Shown here piece by piece: positions 1 to 9,586 of a DNA stretch of 64,000 nt. The position numbers and the translations under genes are program-made. The notes beneath the pieces are model-generated. The model worked only from the letters and a program-made list of their open reading frames with translations, did not search any database and was not told the DNA's origin. Position 1 is the first letter of the stretch; the number at the start of each line of letters is the position of its first letter. The stretch is from an uncultured virus (IMG/VR IMGVR_UViG_3300000115_000010) (Duplodnaviria > Heunggongvirae > Uroviricota > Caudoviricetes): the IMG/VR virus record IMGVR_UViG_3300000115_000010, positions 1-64,000 of that record. One strand, given 5' to 3'.

Positions 1-47
1 GTAACTTTACAAAATAACAAACAAAGTAAAAAAATTATAACTTATTG

Positions 48-78
48 AAAGCGAAGGATAACCCCCCTTCGCTTTTCT
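48..78 (+). terminator. Hairpin, probable intrinsic terminator upstream of an early promoter
   Basis: AAAGCGAAGG (48-57) pairs with CCTTCGCTTT (66-75), followed by a pyrimidine tail. Confidence 0.5.
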
Positions 79-79
79 C

Positions 80-108
80 TTGACATCAATACGTCTTGGT
101 GCTATTGT
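80..108 (+). promoter_or_regulatory. Sigma70-type early promoter with palindromic operator (inverted orientation) in the spacer
   Basis: TTGACA-17 bp-TATTGT with TG extension; CATCAATACGTCTTGGTG (84-101) is the reverse complement, with 1 mismatch, of the operator at 11085, 11372, 11963 and 12299. Confidence 0.75.
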
Positions 109-139
109 GAAGATAAGTTAAACAAAGCGAGGTGCCAAA

Positions 140-283
140 ATGTATACAGTAGAATATGGATACTATAACTACCCAAAAAAGATACGCACTTTCAAAACAT
201 ATGAAAGCGCCAAAAAGTTTTTTTACTACATCGGAAAACAAAACGGTGTGAAAAAAGCAGAACTCACAGTACCAGGATCATAA
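140..283 (+). CDS. Small hypothetical early protein (47 aa)
   Basis: GAGG SD, ATG at 140, open to TAA at 281; follows the promoter; below the ORF-track cutoff. Confidence 0.6.
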   Translation: MYTVEYGYYNYPKKIRTFKTYESAKKFFYYIGKQNGVKKAELTVPGS

Positions 284-285
284 TA

Positions 286-561
286 ATGGAAGACATCATG
301 CCAATTCAAGAACTCAAAGAACTTTTGAGTAATGAAATCGTAACTGTAACATTTACAAAACTTAATGGTGAAGAGCGTACTATGCCCTGTACATTAATGG
401 AAACTTATTTGCCTGAAGCAAAAAAAGAAGATCCATTAACACAGAAGAAAATTAGAACTCTTAATGAAAACGTACAAGTTGTATGGGCTTTAGAGAGTAA
501 TGGCTTTCGTAGTTTTCGTTATGACCGTGTAACTAAAATTGAGGTTAAAAATGACTCGTAA
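286..561 (+). CDS. WYL_2/DUF2693-like SH3 beta-barrel phage protein
   Basis: VTFTKLNGEERTMPCTL and W.LE.NGFRSFRYDRV pattern typical of this T4-like phage family. Confidence 0.7.
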   Translation: MEDIMPIQELKELLSNEIVTVTFTKLNGEERTMPCTLMETYLPEAKKEDPLTQKKIRTLNENVQVVWALESNGFRSFRYDRVTKIEVKNDS

Positions 562-700
562 TGAAATAATAGATGATGCCATTGGTGTTATGTTGCTTGC
601 TGTATTTGCTTTTGGGTGGATGGATACTCTTTGGATTTTTGGTGTGGAAAATAGTCAACAATACACTTGGTGGAATTTAATTCAGTATTTTGCCAATTAA
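551..700 (+). CDS. Small membrane protein (49 aa)
   Basis: GAGG SD; hydrophobic segment AIGVMLLAVFAFGW. Confidence 0.5.
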   Translation: MTRNEIIDDAIGVMLLAVFAFGWMDTLWIFGVENSQQYTWWNLIQYFAN

Positions 701-704
701 TACA

Positions 705-733
705 TTGACAAACTATTGTAATAGTAGTATAAC
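705..733 (+). promoter_or_regulatory. Sigma70-type early promoter
   Basis: TTGACA-17 bp-TATAAC, intergenic. Confidence 0.65.
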
Positions 734-769
734 GTATGAATAAAGTTAAGTAGATCAGGAGATAATAAA

Positions 770-961
770 ATGAGTGCTACAAAAAATTGGATGATGGCAG
801 TAGAAGAAACTTTTTGGGACTGTGTTAACGATATTATGAAGCAATCTTCAACTTTAAATGAGGCTATTGAAAGATCAGTTTCATTAGGTAAACCAATGGT
901 TCCACATATTAGCGAATCTCAGATTGACGAAGCAGTTTCAGAAATGTATACACATGGATGA
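770..961 (+). CDS. Hypothetical protein
   Basis: AGGAG SD; ORF track. Confidence 0.6.
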   Translation: MSATKNWMMAVEETFWDCVNDIMKQSSTLNEAIERSVSLGKPMVPHISESQIDEAVSEMYTHG

Positions 962-1196
962 GAACCAAATGTTAGAAACACTTAAACAGGAGTACCTAGG
1001 TATGAAGTTTGTAGTTGAATTTAAAAAGCATATGACAACTGGCATTTTGCAAGGTCTTATTTTCGATGAAAAGATGAACTTTGTAGACTGGAGCGATGCT
1101 TGTGATTGGGCAAGTAAAGTTACTGCCAGTGCAAAAGTACCGTTTAATATTCTTGAAATGCATAACCCTTTAACTGGTGAAATGGAGACATTTTAA
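954..1196 (+). CDS. Hypothetical protein
   Basis: ORF track 924..1196; ATG 954 overlaps the previous stop and is the more likely start. Confidence 0.55.
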   Translation: MDENQMLETLKQEYLGMKFVVEFKKHMTTGILQGLIFDEKMNFVDWSDACDWASKVTASAKVPFNILEMHNPLTGEMETF

Positions 1197-1354
1197 TGAA
1201 CGATCTATTAGAAGATATCGCAGTAATGGAAAGCGTACTTATTGCAATGGCAGAAGGTGCTAGTGATGAACGCCGAATGGCACTTGGTTATATGGAAAAC
1301 TTAGTTGCTAAAAAACAATTAATAGTAGAGGAATTTGAGAAACAAGCAGAATAA
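1196..1354 (+). CDS. Small hypothetical protein (52 aa)
   Basis: GGAG SD, TAATG coupling to the previous ORF. Confidence 0.5.
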   Translation: MNDLLEDIAVMESVLIAMAEGASDERRMALGYMENLVAKKQLIVEEFEKQAE

Positions 1355-1384
1355 TTAATACTACAAAAAGGAGCAGGTAATATT

Positions 1385-1594
1385 TTGAGTAATAAAGAGG
1401 TTGATTTTGAAGATGCAATGTCGGATGATGACTATGGTATTATTATTAGTAGAACTGGAGAGCTAAAAGGTCTATTTGTTCCAAAAATTATCAATAATAA
1501 TGAAAACGTGCCAGATAGTATTGTTGCAATCATTACTGACATTTTTGGATTAGAACTTGATGGAAATGAAGAAAATAATATAACAATACACTGA
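1385..1594 (+). CDS. Hypothetical acidic protein
   Basis: TTG start after AGGAG/AGGT; ORF track. Confidence 0.55.
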   Translation: MSNKEVDFEDAMSDDDYGIIISRTGELKGLFVPKIINNNENVPDSIVAIITDIFGLELDGNEENNITIH

Positions 1595-1603
1595 GGAGTT
1601 TAA

Positions 1604-1849
1604 ATGACAATACCTAATGCTTTTGAAGTAACTAATGATCGTCGGGAAGCAACAAGGCTCGCTGAGTTTATCGCGAACCTAACTTATTCGACTGGAGAAG
1701 ATTATAAACTAGCAAACACGTTGAGTGAAATTTCACGAAATTTACAATCATTTAATGAAATATTTGGATATAGATGGAATGATTTTAGTCAGGAACATCA
1801 ACGTATTATAGTTCAATGCAAAAAATTAATGGAAAAAGAAGTGAAATAA
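1604..1849 (+). CDS. Hypothetical protein
   Basis: GAGGAG SD. Confidence 0.6.
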   Translation: MTIPNAFEVTNDRREATRLAEFIANLTYSTGEDYKLANTLSEISRNLQSFNEIFGYRWNDFSQEHQRIIVQCKKLMEKEVK

Positions 1850-1850
1850 A

Positions 1851-2027
1851 ATGGGAAGATTTAGTGTAACTGATGAAGATCAGAAATTAATTGACGAGTA
1901 TTTAAAAAAAGGTGGCGAGGTAACAGTTTGTAAGAAATTTGCTCGTACAGAAGAAGAAGACATTCGTTATCTATGGAAAAAGAAAGCATTCAATCCTCCA
2001 AAAAAAGTTGACACTGATGACAAATAG
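1851..2027 (+). CDS. Small protein with SutA-RNAP-binding-like motif (58 aa)
   Basis: MGRFSVTDEDQKLIDEYLKKGGEVTVC: I.E(F/Y)L..GG.(I/V) pattern recalled from SutA-like phage proteins. Confidence 0.45.
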   Translation: MGRFSVTDEDQKLIDEYLKKGGEVTVCKKFARTEEEDIRYLWKKKAFNPPKKVDTDDK

Positions 2028-2066
2028 TGTTAGATATATTATGAATTAGAAATAAAGGATGAAGAA

Positions 2067-2651
2067 ATGAAATTTAGAAAAGATATAATTTTAACTGATG
2101 TAGATGGTGTCTTACTTGATTGGGAAAGTAAATTTACTGAATGGATGGAAACCAAAGGGTTTCGACCAGAACCTGAGCAATATAGTTATGAAATGAACCT
2201 TCGTTTTGGTTTAAAAAAACCACACGTTAAAGAGCTAATACGTCAGTTCAATGAAAGTGCCTGGATTGGATTCTTACAACCATTACGTGATTCAGTAGAC
2301 GGGGTTCGTGTATTACACCAAGAAAAAAAATGGAGGTTCGGCGCTATTACAAGTTTATCCGAAGATCCATTTGCTACACAGTTACGTAAAAATAATTTAG
2401 AACTAATTTTCGGAGAAGACACGTTTGACTTTGTAAAATGTATCGATACTGGTGCAGATAAAGACAATGAGCTTTTGCCATATAAAGACAGTGGTCTTTA
2501 TTGGCTAGAAGATAAGCCTGAAAATGCACTACTAGGTGCAGACCTAGGATTAAACACAATTCTAATGCGGCATAAACATAACGCAAATTTTTATGATGAA
2601 CGTATCAAAGTTGTGGACAATTGGACTCAAATTGTTAATACTATAACTTAG
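2067..2651 (+). CDS. HAD-family 5'(3')-deoxyribonucleotidase-like phosphatase
   Basis: DVDGVL motif I, T/S motif II, K, and EDKPEN motif IV. Confidence 0.8.
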   Translation: MKFRKDIILTDVDGVLLDWESKFTEWMETKGFRPEPEQYSYEMNLRFGLKKPHVKELIRQFNESAWIGFLQPLRDSVDGVRVLHQEKKWRFGAITSLSEDPFATQLRKNNLELIFGEDTFDFVKCIDTGADKDNELLPYKDSGLYWLEDKPENALLGADLGLNTILMRHKHNANFYDERIKVVDNWTQIVNTIT

Positions 2652-3370
2652 TTATTTTCACCGTAAATATTCAGTATGTCTATCACAGCGGGGTGTCTTT
2701 CGACATCCCGTTTTGTAAAATGCACATGTCCTATAGACGCAGGAGAATGTGATCTATATCTTTCTAAAAAGTCTTTTAAACCATTATTTGTAAATCCTCT
2801 ATCATGTTGAGCAAGGTCACCTGTCACAACAACCTTTGATCCAACACCGATACGAGTTAATAACATTTTAGTTTGTTCTTGAGTTGCGTTTTGCATTTCG
2901 TCTGCAACAATCCAAGATTTTTTAAATGTTCGTCCTCGCATATATGCTAATGGGGAAATTTCAATGTCTTTGTTTTCTAACATTGCTGCTATCTGTTTGA
3001 TAGTATAAAATTCCTCAAGGAAATCAAATATTGGTCGTGTCCAAGGCGCCATCTTGGCGTTTAAATCACCGGGTAAGAATCCATGTTGTTCGTCAACACT
3101 TACAGCGGGCCGTGTAACAACGATTTTGTCTACACTTCCTGCCTCCATTTGTTTAATTCCCATTTGGACAGCCATCATGGTTTTGCCTGTACCCGCAGGT
3201 CCAGTTGCAAAGCATATATGTTTATGGGTGTCTTCTAGGATATCAAGATATTCTTCTTGATTTAAATTACGAGGTAGGATTTGTAGTTTGGTTTTTTTAG
3301 AACGCTCTAGTTCTGATACCATATCGTTAAACGATCCTTTTTGTTTTGTTTGTCTTGCTCTTTTAGCCAT
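2648..3370 (-). CDS. phoH: PhoH-family ATPase
   Basis: GPAGTGKT, TRPAV, GFLPGDL, AYMRGRT, DEMQN, TGDLAQHD and RHP motifs. Confidence 0.95.
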   Translation of the reverse strand: MAKRARQTKQKGSFNDMVSELERSKKTKLQILPRNLNQEEYLDILEDTHKHICFATGPAGTGKTMMAVQMGIKQMEAGSVDKIVVTRPAVSVDEQHGFLPGDLNAKMAPWTRPIFDFLEEFYTIKQIAAMLENKDIEISPLAYMRGRTFKKSWIVADEMQNATQEQTKMLLTRIGVGSKVVVTGDLAQHDRGFTNNGLKDFLERYRSHSPASIGHVHFTKRDVERHPAVIDILNIYGENN

Positions 3371-3425
3371 TTGTAGAACTCCATTGTTGAGTTAGTCTTT
3401 GTCGAGTCCAATGTGTCCACACTAT

Positions 3426-3449
3426 TACTTATTACCAAACTGCTAAATA
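3426..3449. promoter_or_regulatory. Back-to-back T4-like late promoters
   Basis: TAAATA on + (3444-3449) and TAAGTA on - (3426-3431) between divergent genes. Confidence 0.45.
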
Positions 3450-3471
3450 ACTGTATAAAAGAGATGTAAAA

Positions 3472-4017
3472 ATGCGTGAAATTGAAGAATTAAAACAAAC
3501 ATTAGACCAACTAGTCGATTCTAGTAGCGATTTAAATATCCTATTAGAGTTTGAAGAAGTATTGGATAATCTAAACATATATGCATATAAGAATTGGGAG
3601 TATGGAGAAGTACTTGCTGGTCCTGACATTAGTAAGTATTGGATTACTTGTTCATTGATGTGGCCGCGAAATCTTATGCCAGATCCAGATGGTGCATTAC
3701 GATTAACTAAACACGGTGCAAGAGTATCTTTTAAGAAAGACACTCTTATTGAACCAATTAAGATTGTAACACAAGCCGATTTAGAGATTGCGCCTGACAC
3801 AGACGGAAAAAGCAGAGCAAAAAAGAAAAACACTCCAATTTGGATAGTAAATGTTGAAATGCCACGACAGTTTGTTGATGAATTTGAAAGCAGTAAGATT
3901 ACTATTAACGGAACAGACATTGATTTAAGTGAAGTTGATGGAGCATATGATAGTGATCAAGATCTTGATTTAACACCAGAAAAATCAGATGTATTAGACA
4001 ATATTGGAGAACAATAA
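3472..4017 (+). CDS. Conserved large-phage hypothetical protein
   Basis: 181-aa ORF after a late promoter, with NW..GE...GP....YW and MPDPDG motifs. Confidence 0.7.
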   Translation: MREIEELKQTLDQLVDSSSDLNILLEFEEVLDNLNIYAYKNWEYGEVLAGPDISKYWITCSLMWPRNLMPDPDGALRLTKHGARVSFKKDTLIEPIKIVTQADLEIAPDTDGKSRAKKKNTPIWIVNVEMPRQFVDEFESSKITINGTDIDLSEVDGAYDSDQDLDLTPEKSDVLDNIGEQ

Positions 4018-4490
4018 TGAGTGTAAAATTTAATGAAATGGCAAACCTAGTTAATCCAACAATTAGTATTGATCAATATAAGCCTAAAATTGGCGAAGCT
4101 AGTGAAACAGTTGTAGTAGCATTTGAAGTTGACTCAGAACAACCAGCAAGTGATTTAGCAAATTTATTAGAAACTGATGTTGTTGAAATGTTAGATGTGG
4201 ATGTTTCCCAAGGTCCAAATAAGGATGGCAAGCATCTTGTATTTGTTGAATTTGCTAGAGATAATAGATTACACAGTAATATCTTAGATATTATGCATGC
4301 TGTATCGAGTGCAACTGGTATATCAGAATGGCAGTTTGATGGATACAAATCTGAAGCATCTTCACAATTAGATGAAGACAATCTGTCTTCTTTGGTACTT
4401 GACAATCCGCAAGATTATGTGTTAAAGTATGCAGACAAGATGGAAGAATCTTCAGAATTATTAAGGCTAAAAACCTTATCTGGAATTTAA
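4017..4490 (+). CDS. Conserved large-phage hypothetical protein
   Basis: Translationally coupled; ends with ELLRLKTLSGI. Confidence 0.7.
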   Translation: MSVKFNEMANLVNPTISIDQYKPKIGEASETVVVAFEVDSEQPASDLANLLETDVVEMLDVDVSQGPNKDGKHLVFVEFARDNRLHSNILDIMHAVSSATGISEWQFDGYKSEASSQLDEDNLSSLVLDNPQDYVLKYADKMEESSELLRLKTLSGI

Positions 4491-4506
4491 AAATCGAGGT
4501 ATAATA

Positions 4507-4968
4507 ATGGGAGCAAAATTAGCAGGTGTTATGTTTATAATACTGATTGCCGCAAGTGGTGTCGGTTACTGGTACTATAATGACACCCAGCAACGTATTG
4601 CAATCTTAAATGAAAATAATGCTAAACTAAACGTAGCAATAAATTTAAATGAAGAAACTATAACTTCTTTGGAATCAGATTACAGAAGAGTTAATGAAGA
4701 ACTAACAACTATTAATCAACAATTTGCTAATGTTCGGAAACAAAATAATAGATTAAATGAAAAACTTGCAACGATTGATCTTGGACTAGCGGCAGTTAAT
4801 AATCCCGATGGGATTGGCAGAGCAGTCAATAGAGGTACAGAAAATGCAGGAAGATGTTTCGAATTATTAAGTGGTGCTGATTTAAATGAAAAGGAAAAGG
4901 GAGCCACCAATGGCATACAATTTAACAAAGAGTGTCCTTGGCTTTGGCCTGGTAATGACACTCCTTAG
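4507..4968 (+). CDS. Rz-like inner-membrane spanin
   Basis: N-terminal TM helix, long coiled coil, C-terminal cysteines; overlaps a lipoprotein gene. Confidence 0.65.
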   Translation: MGAKLAGVMFIILIAASGVGYWYYNDTQQRIAILNENNAKLNVAINLNEETITSLESDYRRVNEELTTINQQFANVRKQNNRLNEKLATIDLGLAAVNNPDGIGRAVNRGTENAGRCFELLSGADLNEKEKGATNGIQFNKECPWLWPGNDTP

Positions 4969-5299
4969 TGGGTGCAGTAGTTTACCAAGCACCTTAAATG
5001 TATCAACAAAACCAGTTACAAAGCCAATATTGGTATTGCCTGATGTTGACGAAGTATCAATGCGCCGCATTGAATGGATTGTTATTAATGAAGAAAATGT
5101 AGATGATGAGTTAGCTAAACTTAAAGAAAAAAACATTCCAACTGGTTTGTATGCATTAACTGGTCAAGGTTATGAAAATTTAGGTCTGAACTTTAGTGAC
5201 ATACGTGCTCTAGTACAACAACAGCAAGCAATTATTGTAGCATATAAAAATTATTATATTGAAGCAGAAGAAACTCTAGACAACTCAGTAGCAAAGTAA
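4910..5299 (+). CDS. Rz1-like outer-membrane lipoprotein spanin
   Basis: AAGGGAG SD, ATG 4910, signal peptide with lipobox LLSGC, Pro-rich segment. Confidence 0.65.
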   Translation: MAYNLTKSVLGFGLVMTLLSGCSSLPSTLNVSTKPVTKPILVLPDVDEVSMRRIEWIVINEENVDDELAKLKEKNIPTGLYALTGQGYENLGLNFSDIRALVQQQQAIIVAYKNYYIEAEETLDNSVAK

Positions 5300-6150
5300 T
5301 GTCAACAAAACCATATAAAAATTCAGATCCATATGATCTATTAGGTGTTGACAAAACTGCTACTGATAGTGATATTAAAAGTGCGTATAGAAAATTAGCA
5401 AAAAAATGGCATCCTGATACTCCTAATGGAGATGCTAAAAAGTTTAATGAAGTAAATACTGCATATGAATCAATTAAAGATGTCAATGCTAGGTTCCAAC
5501 AAGAACAACAACAGCATACATCTAACCCACATAATTGGCAACATAAAGCAGAGTCTAATCCATTCAATAATCCCAACACTCCTCCTGGATTTGATAGTAT
5601 GTTTGATAGTATGTTTGGAAGACAGCAAAAATACCACCAACGTAATCAGGATGTAGAAATAACTGCACATGTAACATTAGAAGAAGTATTAAACGGATCT
5701 CAAAAAAACTTAAATATAAATCTTATGAATGGTAATTTTAGAACTGTTACTATACACATTCCACGTGGTGTACATGAAGGATCTAAGATAAGATACAATA
5801 GTATGGGTGATGATTCCGTTCCTGGACCACCTGGTAATTTAATAGTAACTTATCGATTAAAAAAACATAATAGGTTTTGGACAGATGGTTACAATTTAAA
5901 TGAAAAAATTAATATAAGTTTAAAAACTGCATTATTTGGTGGTGACATCCCTATTAGCGGAATAGACGGAAGTCAATTTAAATTAAATATAAAGGCGGGT
6001 ACTAGCCCAAATACAAAACTTAGAATACCACAACATGGGTTACCACAACCCAATCAACCAAATGGTGATTTAATATTACATATTGATGTTTCTATACCAC
6101 CATTAACAGTCGACAATTTAAATACCCCAATTGGGGAATTATTAAAATAA
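5299..6150 (+). CDS. dnaJ: DnaJ/CbpA-type co-chaperone (no Zn finger)
   Basis: J domain with HPD (KKWHPD), G/F linker, DnaJ C-terminal domains. Confidence 0.9.
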   Translation: MSTKPYKNSDPYDLLGVDKTATDSDIKSAYRKLAKKWHPDTPNGDAKKFNEVNTAYESIKDVNARFQQEQQQHTSNPHNWQHKAESNPFNNPNTPPGFDSMFDSMFGRQQKYHQRNQDVEITAHVTLEEVLNGSQKNLNINLMNGNFRTVTIHIPRGVHEGSKIRYNSMGDDSVPGPPGNLIVTYRLKKHNRFWTDGYNLNEKINISLKTALFGGDIPISGIDGSQFKLNIKAGTSPNTKLRIPQHGLPQPNQPNGDLILHIDVSIPPLTVDNLNTPIGELLK

Positions 6151-6169
6151 AGTAATAGGAGTAAGTTTA

Positions 6170-8416
6170 TTGTCTAATGAAGATAAGATTGAAAAAATCG
6201 TAAACAAGACATTTATGTTGAGTAAAGATTACCGTCACCACTATGTAACTATTGAGCATTTACTAGCTATTATTCTTGATTTAGACGAAGTGAAGGATAT
6301 TGTTTCTGATTTTAGTGTAGATCCATCTGATATAAGCAGAGAAGTATACGATCATTTAGCAGATTCAGTTGATAGTTATCCAGATGCTACAGAACAAGAA
6401 CCCAAAAAGACTGTCATGTTGGAGCGTGTATTTCACAGAGCATTTACGCAAGCATTGTTCAATGGCCGTAATAACTTAGACCCCAGAGATTTACTGATTA
6501 GTATTTTATCAGAGCAACAAACGCCAAGTGCTTTTATTTTACAAAAATACGGTATTGACAGAGATGCAGTTAGTAACTATCTTCAGGATATTAATCGTAT
6601 TCGAGATCAAAATATTAATCAAGATTCATCTTCACCAACCATTACTAAAGCTGACAAAATATTACGTAAATTTTGTGAAAATTTAAATGAATCAGCAGCT
6701 AGTGGTAAGATAGATGCTATTGTTGGCAGAGAAGAAGAATTAGCTGAAACAGTACAAACTCTTGCTCGTCGTAAAAAGAATAATGTTGTTCTTGTCGGCG
6801 ACAGTGGTGTTGGAAAAACTGCTATTGCTGAAGGACTTGCTTATTTGATTAATGAAGGAAACGTTCCTGAGCTAATACAAGGACATATTGTTTATAGTTT
6901 AGATTTGAGTGCATTATTAGCTGGTACTAAATTTAGAGGAGACTTTGAAGAGCGACTTAAAGAAGTATTGGATGTATTAGAAAAAAGAGACGATGCTATT
7001 TTGTTCATTGATGAAATACATATGATTATGGGAGCAGGTAATAGTGGATCCGGTGCAATGGATGTTGCTAATATGCTAAAACCAGCACTGCAAAAAGGAA
7101 AGCTAAGATGTCTTGGCAGTACAACATATGATGAATACCGCCAACATTTTGAAAAAGACAAAGCACTTGCAAGAAGATTTCACAAAGTAGACGTACCTGA
7201 GCCAAGTGTAGCAGATGCAAAGCGTATAATTAATAACAGCATATATCCATATGAAGCACACCACGAGATTGCATTTACTAAGAACGCACTTGATGGTGCA
7301 GTAGACTTAACTGCACAATATTGGCATAATAAATTTCTTCCAGATAAAGCATTTGATGTAATTGATAGTGCGGCAGCTCGTCAACGGTTACTTCCCAAAG
7401 ACGACCGTAAGAGTATTATTGACTTAGATGAAATTAGATTTGAGGTTGCCAAACTAACAAGGATACCAGTTGACCAATTAGTATTAACCAAAGATAGTGA
7501 GTACAAAAAAGAAAAGCCTGTAGACATTGAAAAGCAATTAAATCTTAAAGTGTTTGGCCAATCAGAAGCTATCACTAAGTTAGCTGATAGTATTTACATT
7601 GCGAAAGCAGGTCTTAAAGCAGAAGATAAACCAATTGGTAGTTACTTGTTTAGTGGACCAACGGGTGTTGGTAAAACAGAAACAGCAAAGCAGCTCAGTA
7701 ATACCATGGGAATGGAATTATTACGTTTTGATATGAGTGAATATCAAGAAAGACATACAGTATCAAAACTTATCGGCAGTCCTCCAGGCTACGTTGGATT
7801 TAGTGAAGGCGGTTCAGGTAGTGGTCTGTTAATTAATAAACTAGAAGAAAATCCAAATAGTATTTTACTATTGGATGAGATTGAAAAGGCTCATCCAGAC
7901 GTTAGTAACGTATTGTTACAACTAATGGATAATGGAATGGTTACATCAAGTGACGGCAAAACAGTCAGTGCTAGAAATTGTATTATTATACTTACAAGTA
8001 ATTTAGGTGCTGCTGATAGCGAAAAGAACTTAATTGGCTTTGGTGCTGGAAAAAATGAGTCAGCAGCAGGTGAGGCAGTTAAAAGTTTCTTTAGTCCAGA
8101 GTTTAGAAATAGACTTGATGCAATTGTGCAATTTAAAAAATTAGACAGAACATTGATGAAAAATGTTACAGTTAAGTTTATTACTGAACTAGAAGCAATG
8201 TTAACTCCACGGGAGATTGTACTATTATATGATGATAAAGTAATTGAATGGCTAACTGACAATGGATTCAGTGAAACAATGGGCGCAAGGCCGATGGCAC
8301 GTGTCATTAATCAACAAATTAAAAAACCACTTGCGAAAGAATTACTATTCGGTGGTGATATCAAAACAGTAACACTGGAAATATTAGATGGCAGTATTAA
8401 CATTACAACAAATTAA
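6170..8416 (+). CDS. clpA: ClpA ATP-dependent chaperone/protease subunit
   Basis: Clp N domain; two AAA modules (GDSGVGKT, GPTGVGKT); GTKFRGDFEER and PPGYVG pore loops; IGF ClpP-docking loop; TTG start. Confidence 0.92.
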   Translation: MSNEDKIEKIVNKTFMLSKDYRHHYVTIEHLLAIILDLDEVKDIVSDFSVDPSDISREVYDHLADSVDSYPDATEQEPKKTVMLERVFHRAFTQALFNGRNNLDPRDLLISILSEQQTPSAFILQKYGIDRDAVSNYLQDINRIRDQNINQDSSSPTITKADKILRKFCENLNESAASGKIDAIVGREEELAETVQTLARRKKNNVVLVGDSGVGKTAIAEGLAYLINEGNVPELIQGHIVYSLDLSALLAGTKFRGDFEERLKEVLDVLEKRDDAILFIDEIHMIMGAGNSGSGAMDVANMLKPALQKGKLRCLGSTTYDEYRQHFEKDKALARRFHKVDVPEPSVADAKRIINNSIYPYEAHHEIAFTKNALDGAVDLTAQYWHNKFLPDKAFDVIDSAAARQRLLPKDDRKSIIDLDEIRFEVAKLTRIPVDQLVLTKDSEYKKEKPVDIEKQLNLKVFGQSEAITKLADSIYIAKAGLKAEDKPIGSYLFSGPTGVGKTETAKQLSNTMGMELLRFDMSEYQERHTVSKLIGSPPGYVGFSEGGSGSGLLINKLEENPNSILLLDEIEKAHPDVSNVLLQLMDNGMVTSSDGKTVSARNCIIILTSNLGAADSEKNLIGFGAGKNESAAGEAVKSFFSPEFRNRLDAIVQFKKLDRTLMKNVTVKFITELEAMLTPREIVLLYDDKVIEWLTDNGFSETMGARPMARVINQQIKKPLAKELLFGGDIKTVTLEILDGSINITTN

Positions 8417-9068
8417 AAATTTACCAGAATTTACCTATGCTACTGGAATATATTATAAAAAGTTTCCTTGGCGTATTCAGTTTTGGCAACCAGAGTTCTT
8501 TAGACGTGGATTTTATAAAGATCTAGAGCATGAGAATGCATGGAGAACTTGTATGATACGTAATATGGACATCAACTCACTTTTAAAAAATCAATTAGGA
8601 TATGAACGTTGGAAGGTTAGGCGAGACAGAAAGTTTTTTGTATATCTGACTGAACATAATTTAATATCTAAATTAGTAGATCGTTGGGGTGAAGATATAT
8701 TACAAATACAAGGGCCTATTAACCAAAAACATCAAGAGCTTATGATTGATAATTTAGACTTGGTAACAAAAAAAGAACTTTGGTATAATAAATTTAGATA
8801 TAAGGTTAGCTTTACTAGATATGGTAGACAAACACTCGACATACTGTCTGAAATTTTTGAGTTTGTTGATGAGACATTTGACGCAAATAATTATCAGATG
8901 AATCATATTATGAAGCGGTCTATTAGGCACATATACACACACAAAGATCCTTATACTAGCACTGGTACTATATTTTTAAAAGAATATGATGATGTTGCCA
9001 CATTGCATCTGATGTTTAAGAAATACATCACATCAACCAAAAAATGTGTTCTAATAAATGAACTGTAA
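8388..9068 (+). CDS. Hypothetical protein
   Basis: 226-aa ORF overlapping the clpA end. Confidence 0.65.
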   Translation: MAVLTLQQIKNLPEFTYATGIYYKKFPWRIQFWQPEFFRRGFYKDLEHENAWRTCMIRNMDINSLLKNQLGYERWKVRRDRKFFVYLTEHNLISKLVDRWGEDILQIQGPINQKHQELMIDNLDLVTKKELWYNKFRYKVSFTRYGRQTLDILSEIFEFVDETFDANNYQMNHIMKRSIRHIYTHKDPYTSTGTIFLKEYDDVATLHLMFKKYITSTKKCVLINEL

Positions 9069-9099
9069 TAAATACATATAACTAATAGGATATTGTGCT

Positions 9100-9270
9100 A
9101 TGGCAAAGATGAATGAAGATATGGTCGTTATTAAAGTAAGCGAACTAATTCGAGATGATCAATCAGCATCAGAGATACTTAACGGAGAAATAATCTCCAC
9201 TATAGAAGAAGCAGTACAAGCTCTAGTCGGCGCTGGTAAATTAGTGGAGATTATTAAAGATGAAAGCTAA
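9100..9270 (+). CDS. Small late protein (56 aa)
   Basis: TAAATA at 9069, AGGA SD, MAKMNEDMVVIKVSEL... Confidence 0.6.
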   Translation: MAKMNEDMVVIKVSELIRDDQSASEILNGEIISTIEEAVQALVGAGKLVEIIKDES

Positions 9271-9586
9271 AGAATTTACAATTAACGTACCAATTAATAT
9301 TAAGATTAATGGTGACGGCGATCCTGAAATTGATATGGGACAAAATGATGATGGTTATGAAAAGTCTGATGGACTTGACCCAGATCCATTAATGGTTCCA
9401 CCATTACAGCAAAACTTAGAACTTAAAAAAGCTGCATTAGGTAAAGATAGTGAAGCAATTGATAAAATTACATCTGATGATATCCCATCAGATGAACAAG
9501 AACAAATTGATAATGACAGTATGGATAATTTTCGCAAGGCGTTGGGTTTAGTACAGGATGGTGGCAACGGCGCAGAGGTGGAATAA
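9260..9586 (+). CDS. Hypothetical late protein
   Basis: ORF track; VPPLQQNLELKK segment. Confidence 0.65.
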   Translation: MKAKEFTINVPINIKINGDGDPEIDMGQNDDGYEKSDGLDPDPLMVPPLQQNLELKKAALGKDSEAIDKITSDDIPSDEQEQIDNDSMDNFRKALGLVQDGGNGAEVE

